Source: Sminthopsis crassicaudata
Taxonomy: Eukaryota
NCBI RefSeq assembly: GCF_048593235.1
Contig: NC_133620.1
Span: forward strand, 318,633,765 to 318,697,764
Length of the DNA: 64,000 nt
Direction: 5' to 3'
The first letter of the stretch is position 1. Each line of letters starts with the position of its first letter. Made by a program: the position numbers and the translations under genes. A model generated the notes under the pieces. That model had not been told where the DNA came from. It searched no databases and was given only the letters and a program-made list of their open reading frames with translations. Below are positions 63,415 to 64,000 of the stretch, one piece after another.

Positions 63415-64000
63415 TTTTTAAAATTAATTTTATAATTATAACTTTTTTTTTGACAGTACATATGCATAGGTAATTTTTTTTTACAACATTATCCCTCGTA
63501 CTCCCTTCTGTTCCGAATTTTTTCCCCTCCTTCCCTCCATCCCCTCCCCTAGATGGCAGGCATTCCCATACATATTAAATATCTTATAGTATATCCTAGG
63601 TACAATATATATGTGCAGAACCGAATTTTGTTGTTGTTGTTGCAAAGGAAGAATTGGATTCGGAAGGTAAAAATAATCTGGGAAGAAAAACAAAAAAAAA
63701 ATGCTCATAGTTTACACTCCATTTCCCAGTGTTCCTTTTCTGGGTGTAGCTGATTCTGTCCATCATTGATCAGTTGGAATTGGATTAGTTCTTTTCTATG
63801 TTGAAAATATCCACTTCTATCAGAATACATCCTCATACAGTATCATTGTTGAAGTGTATAATGATCTCCTAGTTCTGCTCGTTTCACACAGCATCAGTTG
63901 ATGTAAGTCTCTCCAAGTCTCTCTGTATTCCTCCTGTTGGTCATTTCTTACAGAACAATAATATTCCATAACATTCATATACCATAATTTACCCAACCAT
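63415..64000 (-). mobile_element. Young L1 3' end running off the window
   Basis: Same young 3' UTR type as the 32 kb and 53 kb copies. Confidence 0.92.

Overview
Eukaryotic, intron-rich mammalian DNA. The repeat content (MAR1-type CORE-SINEs, RTE, marsupial-type L1 3' ends, a 7SL retrocopy) points to a marsupial, probably dasyurid-like; this is inference. The window holds the CpG-island promoter and first three coding exons of BAIAP2 (IRSp53) on the + strand: 2956-3003, 45350-45425 and 56016-56102, encoding the start of the IMD/I-BAR domain. The 42 kb intron 1 is full of transposable elements. The most striking signal is a betaretrovirus-like (ERV2) LTR family with tandem primer-binding sites. 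(a) A 3.4 kb gag-only provirus (41039-44445, TSD AGTTAG) has a perfect tRNA-Lys1,2 PBS followed about 50 nt later by a perfect tRNA-Lys3 PBS with its own att-like CA. (b) A related solo LTR (20319-20884, TSD CCCAGT) contains both PBS relics inside its U5 and ends at a duplicated copy of the second att module. Together these suggest that primer choice moves the LTR boundary. Other notable items: a probable L1 3' transduction (51363-53889), a possible LTR-driven N-truncated BAIAP2 isoform, mosaic LTR divergence, and an in-frame upstream AUG in BAIAP2. Six N gaps are unreadable. All family names come from recognition by eye, not from database searches.
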